64,000 nt of DNA from assembly GCA_964188305.1 (NCBI GenBank), contig OZ076893.1. One strand, written 5' to 3'. A program made the position numbers and the translations under genes. Below are positions 13,260 to 25,336 of the stretch, piece by piece (within the stretch, counting starts at the first letter, position 1; each line of letters starts with the position of its first letter). Source of the DNA: Podarcis bocagei. Its lineage: Eukaryota. The notes below the pieces were generated by a model. It saw only the letters and a program-made list of their open reading frames with translations. It ran no database searches and was not told the origin of the DNA.

Positions 13260-13920
13260 TGTGGTGCCTCCTCATGCCTGAAAACGCAGAGCCATTTTAG
13301 AATGTTTCCCTGTCCCCTCCGGCCACCGCAGAGGCTTACAGGTTCCCGCCAAACCTGTCCTTCAAATGAGCCAATCCACGGTGGCCCTGGAGAGGGGGCA
13401 GGGGACAGCCATCAACTTAGCACAGCCAAGCACTCAGCACAGTGTTCAGTTGGCTGGGAGTGTCACCCCCCCCCTTCCCCTCCCTTCATCAAAAGTTGAT
13501 TACTGCTCTAACCATTTCTTTTAAGCTAGCTGGGCTTTGCTGTGGTCTTTTGACAGTTGCCATATTCAGGGCCAGGAAGGAAATTTCCCTGCTCTGCAGG
13601 TTTCATCTTCCCCATAGCACTAGTCACAACTTTGGCGGTTCAGGCCTTGGGCGGAATCCTATAGTCTTTCATCTAATTGGGGTGTGTTGAAGTGCTGACC
13701 CACCCACCCACACCATTCCCTACGGCGGCATTAACAGGGTACCCCATAAAAGGGGTCTGGAGGGAAGTCTCTATACAAAGAACCAACTGTGTATGGCTAG
13801 TAGGCCATAGAGCTTCCCTCAGCATTTGGGGGTCATCCACGTAAACCTGCGATTTGCTATGGATCCACACCTGGATAGACCCTGTCATGCCTCAGTTCCC
13901 CCAGCAGGGGAACTGAGGCC
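13260..13920. mobile_element. Unclassified GC-rich repeat, possibly a DIRS-like retroelement terminal region
   Basis: GC-rich block with motifs (ggccaggaaggaaatttccc, gtcacaactttggcggtt, gggtaccccataaaagg) that resemble a lacertid repeat I recall. Family assignment unverified. Confidence 0.3.
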
Positions 13921-15811
13921 CAATGCTTTTGCCAAATGAACACCCAATGCTTTTGCCAAAGCTTCCTACATCTGAAATCAATAAAGCTGTGGCCATTTAA
14001 ATCCCAGACAGTTGTTGTGTCCATTCATTTTATCACTCAGCAGTTAGGCTGCTGGTTCCTGCCCAGTCAATACACAGCACTGTCAGTAACAAGCATTAAA
14101 ATGCTCACTGCCTGCTTTTTCATAGCATCCATCTCCCTAAAATTATTTCCATTAATTTTAATAACAATTCAAGTGAGGTTGCAAACTACAGTACTAAAAT
14201 TGATGGTATGCTGCCCGTAGATTACTTAAAAGCCTTAGCTTGCTTCATTTTTTTATTATTAAAAAAAAAGAAAGCTACAGAAAAAAGAGAAGCTACTTCC
14301 TTTCATTGTTATTGTACTTCAGCATCATAAACATTTCCCTTGGGCCATTTTTATAACATCAAAATTTCAGCATTCATACACTAGGATATCAAGAACACTT
14401 GCTACAGTTGCTCTGAGAAAATTCACGGTAAATTAAGCAATCACCGGCTTCTCCGGTAACCTTTATGCCCCATGATTACAAAACTTATGTATTACACCCA
14501 ATAAACCCCTTCAGTTTATCAAACCTCAGCTTCATGATATGTGAAAGCAAATGTTGTAATAAAATAAAATAAAATAAAATACTTGGTGGCAGCTTATAAT
14601 TTTTGTTGGTTATTATGTTGTACATTTTTATATTTTAAACTGCTCTTTGATCTTCAGATGGAGGGTGGTATTGAAATTTAATAAATAATGTCCCAGGAGT
14701 AGCCAATAAACAAGCAGGTGTAGTTTGCACAGTGTATGTATACCGTATACTGGTTGCTGATATACATTGACAAAATATGCATATCTCCCATCATTTACAA
14801 TTGTGCAAGTGAATAAGCATGTTATAAATCTCATCACTATCATTTTGGGTGAAGACAGAGGCAAAGCAGGTGCTGAGCCTTCTCTCTATCACACAATATC
14901 GTTTCACCATTTTTTCCATGCAAGCAACCTTACAACTTGCTTGTTCTTCCTCCTGGTTTGACCACAGCCAAAGAAACTTAATTTTTATTATTATTTTTCA
15001 CATTTAGAGGTCATATATTTATACATTTTTAATTTTGCAAAAATATTAGCATGATCCATCCAGCAAAATGTTCTCTCACTTTACACTTTTCTTTTTATTG
15101 TACATTTATTGTTACTAGTGCTTATGACATTGTCAGGTTCATCTATATTATTTGTAGCTGGAAAAGATTTTGTGGGGGTCTTACAGCTTTATTTCCTCTC
15201 AGGCCATATCCTGTAACTTCCTGCTGAAATCCTGCAACTCTTCATACCACATATGTTCGGGGAGGGGGTATTGTGTCAAGAACATGTTGCAGAATACAAT
15301 TGCAATTGGGCAATGAAGTAAAAGCTTGCAATCTCCTCCTTGAGGAAATGTTGGAAAAGAAGAAGGGGGGAGGCACATGGGCCTGCGGCTCCTGTACATT
15401 AATGCTAAACCACAGTAAGATCACAAAATCAAATTATACACGAACATTGCTTTATTTTTGGAATATTAATGTGGAGGCAGGACAACAACAAAATAATTCA
15501 AGAACAGAGTTCTGAGATATTTTTTTTAAAAAAATACCTAATTATATGATGGCCTCAGGGTGTATCATAATTAAAGTTAAATGAATTTTCTCATTTTTCC
15601 ATGAAAAAAGTATATGTAATACTTAGCATGCAACACGTGTCACCTTCTTCATGGCATTAACTTTCAACCTCTGCTAGTGGGAGGAAGATGTAGTTGAGAA
15701 CTTTCCTTATTATGTATTCCATTCTCCTATCTCTGAAGATATAGGCACGTGTTTCTTTCTTGGTTACTATAGAATTGTTCTCATTAGCCTTAATTTTTAA
15801 AAATCACATCA

Positions 15812-16446
15812 CCGTATTTTTCCGTTTATAACGCAAGGTTTCTTGCTTTAAAAAATTAGTAAAAAAGGGGGGGTCGTTTTATACATGGAACATGGGCATC
15901 GGGGGCGGGGTTAATATTTAAACAAATGTCTGGGATTTGGGGGTTGGACAGGCTGAGGCAGTCCCTCCAGCCGCCGTCCCCTCCTTCTCCTCTCTCTGCC
16001 GGCTGTGCGCTGGCAAATGGCTTGCCTTCTGCAGCCGCCATCACCTTGGCTACCTCTCCTCACCCTTCTTTCTTTTCCCCCCTACCCCTCAACCCCCCAC
16101 CCTGCCCCTGGCCTGCTCCCCATCTTCCTCAGCTTGCTTTGCTTGATGACATGGCCCAGCAGACTGGGTGCTCCCTTCCCCATCCTCTGCCCCAGCGTCC
16201 TGCTCGGGAGCCTCCTGCCCCTCGCTTCCCCACAGCCGCCGGGGGGGGGGCATGTGGTGCCCCAACCACTGAGCCTGCTTCCGCACCACCGGCACTGCAT
16301 GCACCTCATGCTGGAAACTTTCCGTCACCACTGCCAATCATCCGGATTTTCACTTCTATTTTAAGGTTTTGCTTTTAAAATTTTGGGTTGCAAAAAACAA
16401 GGCTCGTCTTATACTTGGGATCGTCTTATACACGGGGAAAATACGG
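15812..16446. mobile_element. Tc1/mariner-superfamily (Tc2-like) non-autonomous element
   Basis: TIRs ccgtatttttccgtttataacg / cgtcttatacacggggaaaatacgg; TA at the right flank (CA at the left); repeated (t)cgtcttatac subterminal motif. The GC-rich interior explains the overlapping Pro-rich ORFs. Confidence 0.85.
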
Positions 16447-17749
16447 TACTTGCTAATAACAAGGAGAAGATTATAATGTTTATTTTTTTTAGTCCGCAAA
16501 CAATATTTTTTATATCTTCTGATCACAATTTTGTCATTTCTGTTATATTCTGAACTTTTATTATAATTTATGGCTAATCAAATAAAAGCAAATTTATTAA
16601 AATATTAATCAAAGGCAAAAGCCACAAATACTTAGTGTATAGATATATTTGTCAAATGTATTTTGTAGGTATCTTAAAATGCCTGCTTTCAAATATTAAT
16701 GGGATTTTCTTTTTAGCCAAATAACAACTTCCAGAATGAAGCCTGGCAATCTGTTGTTGTTTCCTGCTCACATCAATCCTTAACCACAAATCTGTTTTGA
16801 AAGACAGTGCCTCGTTTTAGCTAAATATCTGCAGTAAGTAGGATCTTCTGTTCACTCAGCATTCCACTAAGCAGGGGGAATGTGTTCCAAAGTTATCTAC
16901 ATATTCGGGCTGAATGGAAGGAAATAAATATATCTTGTTAAACAGTAACTCTTCTGGGTGTATCTTTTGGATTTCACAATTCCACACTCAAATCAAGAGC
17001 ATGAAATGGGGACAACAGCAAGGATAAATTTCTATTACTTTGGAAAGGGCTGTGAAAGCAACCATTTTGGCCTTTCTGACCATTTTTCAGTTGTGCTTTC
17101 TGAAGTGCCAAAGTTGTTTGCTGCCTTAATTACTGAGGGAACAAAGGAGACTAGCAGCAGTCTACTGAGATGCCCATCTTATTGTTTCCTCATAAGCATG
17201 GATTAGTGATGAATAAGTCTTTTAATTGACCTGTAGAGATAGACTTTCAATTCTGTCCCTGCAAGAGTTTTAATTACTGATTCCCTCTCTTTTTTTACAG
17301 CATAATATTCCCAAATAAGAAAAAGTTTGCTACTAAAAATGTTTTTAAGCAGATTGAAGAAGTATTAATTCTCATTAGTATTCTAGTACATTTTTATCAT
17401 TTGAGTGTAATCACGCCAAGTTAAGTGATTTTAAGTCCTATGTTTCAATGAGAGTGTTGAGTATATGTTTAAAGCTTTCACTGAAATGAATGTGTTTTAA
17501 TTATTTCACTCTTGGGTGTATGGTTATGGGTACATTTGCTTACACAAATAAAATATATTTCAAGTTGAATTAATTCCCTTTTGCACTATAATGCAAATGA
17601 ATAAAAACAAACAAGAAAAAAGGATAGATATTTCTCATACTAAGTATCAAGCAGTTGCTCAAATATCCATAAACTTTTCAGTGGTCCATGTCTTACAATA
17701 CATTATGAGAGCAACATAACTTCCCTGTATCTTCTTTCCATACTGCAGG

Positions 17750-18600
17750 TAGATGAGAATAATGCTTATATAGATCCACTACAATCTGGGTTCAGACCTA
17801 GTTTCAGAGCTGAGTCTGCTCTGATGGATGGCAATTATTGCGAGAGGGACAGTGGGAGTATGAAGCCTTTGATACGACTGACTGTGGTACCCTCCTGGAC
17901 TGACTAAGCAGGACGGGTATCAGAAGCACTGTATGACAGTGGCTCCATTGATAACTTCAAGGTAATGTCCAAAAAGTAGCTCTGGGTGAGTGTTCCTCAG
18001 CACCCTGACACTTCAGCTATGCAGTTCTATGCCCTCCCCAGTGTGATTTAATATCTATATGAAGCCATCGGAGGCAGTCATTAGAAGTTCTGAAACAAGA
18101 TGTCACCAGTACATTGGTGATAAAGTGCTCTACTTCTCCATAGCATCTGATTCAGGAGAGGATGTGACAGCTCCAGATCAGTGTTCGAAGGCAGTAATAA
18201 ACTGAGTGAGGGCCAGTAAACTGTGTTTGAATCCTGGGACGGAGGAAGTTCTTTAGGTGGCTTGGTTCCCATGTTTGGGGAAATAGCATGCTACCTCTTC
18301 TGGAAGGAACTGCACTCCCTCTGAAGCAGCAAGTGCATAGCTTCGGGGTACTCCTGGATACATCTGTGGCTGGAATGCCTTTGACCAGCTTCGTCTACAT
18401 TGCCAGCTACAACCATTCAAAGATAAGGACAGTCTGACTATTGCAGTCCATGCATAGCTTACCTTACCACAAGGCTGCCCTTGGGTCTGGTTTGGAAGCT
18501 CCATCTGGTTTAGAATGTGCAGCCAAACTGCTGATAGACTCATCTGGTCATTAACATCTTAGTCAAGAACCACCTTGTCAGTACAAGGATTTCCACTTGG
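17750..18600 (+). mobile_element. L2 LINE, decayed reverse-transcriptase and C-terminal region
   Basis: Frameshifted motifs: IDPLQSGFRP (QSGFRP at 17782-17799), FNIYMKP (~18047), CHQYIGD (decayed HQYADD, 18101-18121), KLCLNPG, LPLKQQVHSFGVLLD, LPLGLVWKLHLV. Confidence 0.88.
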
Positions 18601-21600
18601 GCAGCAGGACTTTCCCCTCTTTCTTACCCTGTATCCTATTGCACAAGCAGAAATCTTTGCACCAATGGACACGTTAGTTGAGACTGAAAGAAATCAATCC
18701 ATTGGCGAAGGAAAAATTAAAATTTTGCATAGGTGGGAGACCGGGGCTTATCTCTCAGCTAATGTGGGCCATCATCTCCTCCAACAATGTCCCTCAAATG
18801 AAGCTGTGTCAGAATGTTGCAACTTCTGAAGTTAGAGATTATGGAAATATAACCTGTTAGCCTGCTGAAGCTGCTGCCTGCAGCAATGGAAAGGGAGGAA
18901 AGGGGGGCACCATAGTTGCTTGTCATGGTAAGGCTCCCACTGCTGGAAACTTGTGGAATCCCCCTCCCAGAAATAAGTGAAAATGTCACATTTGTGGCCT
19001 GCAAACCATACTGCAAAAGATGAATTTTCAGCTCAGCTCTAAATTCAGCACTCACATTAATAAGCAAGTCATGTAGGAAGTTAGCATGCTGATACCCAGC
19101 CTAAATCCTATGATGCTGGCATTGTTGACATGGTTACATTCCACACAATTAGCCTGTTCTACATGTGCAACAGATTTAGAGCAAAATGAGGGGAAGACAC
19201 ATGAGGGCAGCAACCATGCTGCTCTGCTATAAATCAGCTCTAAGGTTACTTTTGCATGGCTGTAATTGCTCCTGTATGGAAGTAGTAAGGGCTGGCTTTC
19301 TGCAAAATCTGACTGAATGCCACATAAATCTACTACCCACTCACCATATTGGTACAAGTATTGCATATGATTAAGGAATACTTAAATTTAAGTATTAAAT
19401 TAAATTTAACATGGCCTTATATTGCATGGCTTCACTGCCGATTGTATATGAATGAAAAAGATAAGACTTTCAAGTATTGTGTTTAGGGTTGAGATACTAA
19501 CATACCTACAATAAAGTATAGACTGTTTTTTAAAAGCAGTTAAGTTAGTCAGACAACCAGCATTTTTTACTAAATTGATGTTTTTTTCTTTATGGTAACA
19601 TCATTAATTTAATCCCATTTTGAATATTATACACTTGTTTCAATACTCAATGTACTTCCCATGCATTAACTTACAGGTTAAACGGTTTTAATAGCTAAGA
19701 GCAGGGCAAGAGTTTCATTTCAAATTACGGAAGCACATCTTAAGCCATAAATATAAAAGCCTTTTGCCGATGTACGTTATTTCCTTAGATCAGTAATCAC
19801 CAGTGAATTACACAGAGGGAACTTGATTATAGCTTTCAGTCTTTCAGAAAAAGGTCGTTTAATAGAAAGAATTGGGGAAGCTGAAGGCTTTTAACAAGTG
19901 TTTTACTACCTGTCAATCATGCTAAACATGTGTAGCAGGTACTAAGATATTTCACAACCTAGCCTAGGAAGCCATGCTTTCTCCAATGCTGTACCTGTAA
20001 AAGGTTCGATTTAAGGGTTATCTGTTTTAAAAGCAAACATTAATTTTACTGTTAGTGTTTGTAAAAAAAAGAGAGAGCTTACTTTGAAAGTTCATAAATA
20101 TGATGCTAACATGCTTTTGCAGATCTTTGACAAGGGAGCAATGTGAAGACCTCTAGGTAATAACGAAAGAAGAAGAAAACACACAAAGGACTGCATGCCA
20201 CACTGGAAACTAAGGATATATTTCCTTTTCTTAGCATGCTGTGGGAGTGAAGGTACAACTTATTCCACAGCAATCTCCACTTTACAAGAGAGACAGGTCA
20301 CAACTTGCAGAATCAATCCGTTTCTTTTCTTTCTAACCCCATATATCTCCAACAACCTTGCATTCCCTTTCTGCTAATGGATTAAGACTCAGAAGGTAAA
20401 AATATGGGCATTAACAGGTGATCAAAGAGCAATTCCCTAGTCCAGGTGACAAACTTTCCCAGACCATCTATTCTCTAAAATGCTGAAAAACAAACTTTTA
20501 GTTAGGTTTACATGTTCATTGATTCCAGACCAAAGTTACCACAATGTAGCCATAAGTTCTCCCTGCCATGTAATTTAACAGGTTATTATAGTATTTTGCG
20601 GACTGAATACCTAAAAATAAAAATAATATCTAAATGAAACAAACTGAAAAGTTACTTGTGAATACTTCGAGTGTACAGTGGGTAACTTGATTGTAGTACC
20701 TTAAATGGTGGCAGGATACTATAAAAAAATAGCAATATACTGTATTAACACAAGATAAAAGGATATACTAATGAATCATGTAGATACACAGTGAGCTGCC
20801 TTTTCCGAGATGGGTCCATAGATTCATAGCAGTATTCAGTTATTTGATAAATTTGTGAATGGTGGCACACTCTTGCAACTACGATGCCTTAAGAATTCGT
20901 GATACGTTGTGGAATGAGGATTACATTACACAAACTTTTGTCTTTTGTCTGGACCATCAGATATAAAGCATTTCTGGGTTTCCATATAATTCATTAGTAA
21001 AACCATTTCAGGAATGAGCAACAAATATATATATACTCAAACAATGAAGGGTGATGTTTCTATGGAGTGTTCACTGCTTCAGGAGTTCCAGGAATATTTA
21101 AAAAGCTTATCCTCATCCCAAAAAATAATGATCACAAATGAAATGCTTTAATCAATTAATCCCTTTAAATGTTAAAGTCCTTTTTAAAAACAAACCTTTC
21201 ACAGTCGCACATTCACTCATTGCTAAGTTCAAATAATGACTACTCATAAAGAAAGTGATGTGTAAAAAAAAAAAAGTGCCAAAAAAGCCTTTACATCCAT
21301 CCATCTACATAGGCATAAAGGAGATAGGAAACATACACAAGAGAAGGAAAATACAAGAAGGAAAATTGGCAGGCAGTAGCTAGGCAGTAAGAAGCAGGTC
21401 CAATTTGACTGAGAAAAGCAGTCTAAAAATGGCTACCAGATGGTTTTAAACTTTCCTAATTTATCTCTCTTTTTATGTGGCATTCTTTCATTTGCTGCCA
21501 GGGCAAGCAACTCTAATATCCAGATTTCATGGGCAAGGCTATATTTTTGCCTTCCAGCCTCACAAAAATACAGTGTTTGGCAACTAGTACAAATCTTTGT

Positions 21601-21960
21601 GCTCATGCCTTTTGAGCCTTACTGAAGGCCTAAGCTCCTGGGTAGCAGCCCAGAAGTACGTGTGCATATTTGGAAAAGAGCAGCAAGCATTGAACACTAA
21701 ATTTATTTGCCTGGCTACTTCCACCCACATAGAAACAGCAAGTGATTAGTTCCAATGTGCCCTAAGAGATCTCACAACACCAACAAACATCTGAGGCACA
21801 CACCCTTGTTTTGTCAGCGATAGCAGCTAAGAACAAAAAATAGTTAAATAAACTTTTTGCTAGAAGGCAAATGGATCAAACATCTGACTACAACAAACAG
21901 TAGGAGCCCTTCATACATTATTGCAGTGGAATCCTACAATCATGTTGCATGAATCCAATT

Positions 21961-22148
21961 GGGCTGCCAACTTGAGTAGCATACTGGGGGACAGGTAAGC
22001 CCCGCCCTGTATAAGCAATCACAAGATGTAGCACATGCACACCATTTGAATGGCAATGTCCATCAACTTTGGGGCGGATGACCCCCTGAAATATATTGTT
22101 TCGGGGGGGGGGGGCAAAGGGACCTCGGCCCCTAGGAGCTAGGTCCTA
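21961..22148. mobile_element. Short decayed MITE-like repeat
   Basis: ~190 bp GC-rich block starting gggctgccaact and ending ggagctaggtcct with an internal G-run; termini only loosely complementary. Confidence 0.3.
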
Positions 22149-24928
22149 TGGGTCTAGTTCTGAGGACAGGAAGGACTGTGACAATAAAAAGGTAAGGAGC
22201 TCTACAGTTGGTCCCAACTACATGCTTTCGAGCTTCGAAATGTTACGTGGTGGGACAGAAGAAATGCCTCAGTTAAGTGGCCCTGCAGTAACATATGGAG
22301 GGCCTAAAAGACACAGCCCTGCGCCAACTTCAGTAAAGATGTTATAAAACCCCAAAAAGAAAGTAAAAGTTCAGAGATGAGGGAAGGCTAATCCACTTTA
22401 AGATCATGAGCCTCCAGTACAAATGAGAGTGCACAAGTCTAAGAGTCAACCCAACGCACACAGTACTCTCATAGTAAATGCTAACAAGCCACAAATATAT
22501 TGTGGCACATCTAAGTCCTTCTCCTTATGCTGCCCAAAGTATCTTGGCATTCTCCAACCACACAAGATCTTGAACTTTTAATGTGGTGTCACACCTAGAT
22601 TGTTTCTACGTAACGATACTCCCTCTTCACAATTTTCCGCATACTCCATGATACTTTTCAAAAATGTTATTTACTGGTTACAAGATTCCAAGCCAAGTGA
22701 AATAGATAAATTAAGGTCCTTAAAGCCCCATGTGTACTCTTAGACATCAAAATCCCATTCTTTGATGACTGTAATCAAAGCAAGTCTGGTAATATACACA
22801 AACCCTAGATAAAGGCTTACAGGATTAAAGGATTACAAGAGGGTTATTAAAGGGTTTGGGTTTTTGTTTTAATTCTGTTTGAAACTTTAAGAAATAAGGA
22901 GGGCCCTTTTATTCTAGGTTGGATTACATTTTTTTTATAAGTCTCTACTTTCAAAGCAATGGGTGGTATCTTTTTGCATTCTTAAAACTAATGTACATTT
23001 GTTGTTCCTGCAAACGTTACAACATAAGCATCAACAACCTGAACTACTGGATGGTTTTGCTAGGCAATTATATAAAATTAAACTGTACCATAAAGCCCAA
23101 TTAACTATGTGTTTGATATTCTACAAAAGCTTCATAAGCCCACTCATGCCTTAAAATCTGTATAAAAATCAGAGATAAATTTGGTGTGAGACAGATGATT
23201 ATGCTCCCACTCATTTACAAACAGTTAATTCCCACGGTTCTGAGGTTTTCTTATTTTACTAGGTTTCTTTTCTTTAGCTTGTAGAACAACAGGAGCATTG
23301 ATTGATTCACCATTTAGAATGTTTTTATCTTGCTTTAGTGTTCTGCTAAAGATTCCCCCTTTTTCCTACAACTTTGTAAAAAAAAAAAACCCTGATCAAA
23401 TAGTTTGATCAAAACTATTCATAGTATTTTTTTTAAAATCTGAAAGTTGTCCATATCTCAAAAATCCAGATAACTAAAAAATCCATATCCATCATCACAC
23501 ATCACTGTATATAAAGTCTGGCGTTCAGGATAACATTGGTAGTTCAATATTTCTAGGTTTCAAATTGTCACCTTAACAAACTGCTTTAAAACATTAATTT
23601 CTATTTTTACTGAAAGCAGCTGTTCATAAATCAGGACTCAAATCCCAATTTGTGTTGCTTTCTATATGAGTGTAATTAAATTGCATATGGTTGAATTGCT
23701 TTATGACAGGATGTATTTTGCAATGGATTTACTGAATAAATATAAAGGTTTACTTTTGGTCTTAAACCAAAATAAATAAATAAATAAATAAATACAAATG
23801 CAATAGCCATAATTTAAATAACTGTCGGACGGATGTGAAATGACATTCTGGACATATATAGCACCACCCATGGTCTTAATCAGTGCAAAAGGCAAAACTG
23901 GAAGCAAAAACCAGCAAAGTCCAAGGGTATAGGACCGTTTTCTGCCCAAGTACCACATTCCTTTATGGGAAACCTTCCAGGTGCTTCTTGTTATGGAAAA
24001 AAAGTAAAAAAGTTTTTTAAAAAACCTCTGCACAGAATGCTACATTCTCTCCCTGCAAAAGTCAGAGTTTTTTACATCTACACCTCTTCATCCACCATCC
24101 AGGAAAACAAGACACAGTGCAGTTGAGGGACACATTCTAGCTACACAAAAGCATTCCAGGTAGGTACAAAGCAGGGCATGAGGATTGAGGTGGGGCCTGG
24201 GACTCTTCCCAAGAGCCAGACAGAAAGGAATGAAGGGCCGCTTTTGGCCCCATGCCTGACGTTCCTCACTCCTGCTTTAGGCCTAGGTACACGCCTTTGC
24301 TTCTTTGGAACCCAACCATTATGCACATTTTAAAGATCCTAGAAATAGATGGTGAAATGTTTGGTTTATGTCAGAACTGAATCAGTATCTTTAAGGACTT
24401 GTGCTTCAGAGCTACAGAATTCAGTCTGGTACGCCAGTCGCAAGCACTTACACTGGCATAGCAGCCTAGAAACCAGGGAACACTAATAACAACATCTTGA
24501 GAGCAATACCAGATTTCACCATGTGAATGTAGATGTTTTTCTACACCTTTCTTGTGTGCGGGAACAGCAAATCTTAGGCTCAAACTAAAGCATTTCTATT
24601 TTACTGAAATAATTGTTTGCGCAACACTTCTGCTCATGTTAATCAGACATGCATCTTAACCCCTTCTAACTAAAGTTCTCTGAATGCAAAATTATAATTA
24701 TAAAAGATATCACAAACTTTTTGCATTTCAGCTCTCAACGCACTGGTGACATTCATCAGTCCTGCACTGCACACCAATGTCTGTTGAATAGCCACATTTA
24801 CATCAGTATGGTTATCACTGCATTCTAATAAATTAATAATAATATCTAGGCATCATCATAAACCTGCTGCTGCACAGCAGAAAATTCCAGAATAAATCTG
24901 CATGATTGGCTTAAACTATCCAGTAGTA

Positions 24929-25111
24929 CAGTGGTACCTCTGGTTGCGCACGGGATCTGGAGCTCCGGTCAAATCCCTAGGAATTCGCAACCGGAGCTGG
25001 CTGTTCTGCGCATGCACGCATGGCAAAACCCGAAAAAATACTTCTGGGTTTGCCGTGTGAGTAACCCAGAGGATACATGACCAGAGGTGTGCGTATCCAG
25101 GGGTAGCACTG
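24929..25111. mobile_element. pogo/Tigger-like MITE
   Basis: TA|cagtggtacctctggttgcgcac ... gtgcgtatccaggggtagcactg|TA. Confidence 0.85.
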
Positions 25112-25200
25112 TATTCCAATCAGTTAATCAACCTGCTTATGGCTCAGAGCTCCAAACACCTTCCTTCTCCTCTGCCCACCCTACCCCATAGCCTCTAGAG

Positions 25201-25336
25201 CAGGCACAGGCAAAGTCGGCCCTCCAGATGTTTTGGGACTACAACGCCCATCATCCCTGACCACTGGTCCTGTTATTTAGGGATGATGGGAGTTGTAGTC
25301 CCAAAACATCTGGAGGGCCGACTTTGCCTATGCTCG
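25201..25336. mobile_element. hAT (Charlie/URR1-like) palindromic MITE
   Basis: Exact 8-bp TSD ctctagag (25193-25200, 25337-25344) matching the NTCTAGAN hAT-Charlie target; 51-bp inverted arms with one mismatch. Confidence 0.93.

Noticed and set aside
15856-16378. Cluster of overlapping Pro/Gly-rich ORFs up to 150 aa
   Set aside because: They lie inside a GC-rich Tc2-like MITE, are open in several frames on both strands, and show no domain motif.
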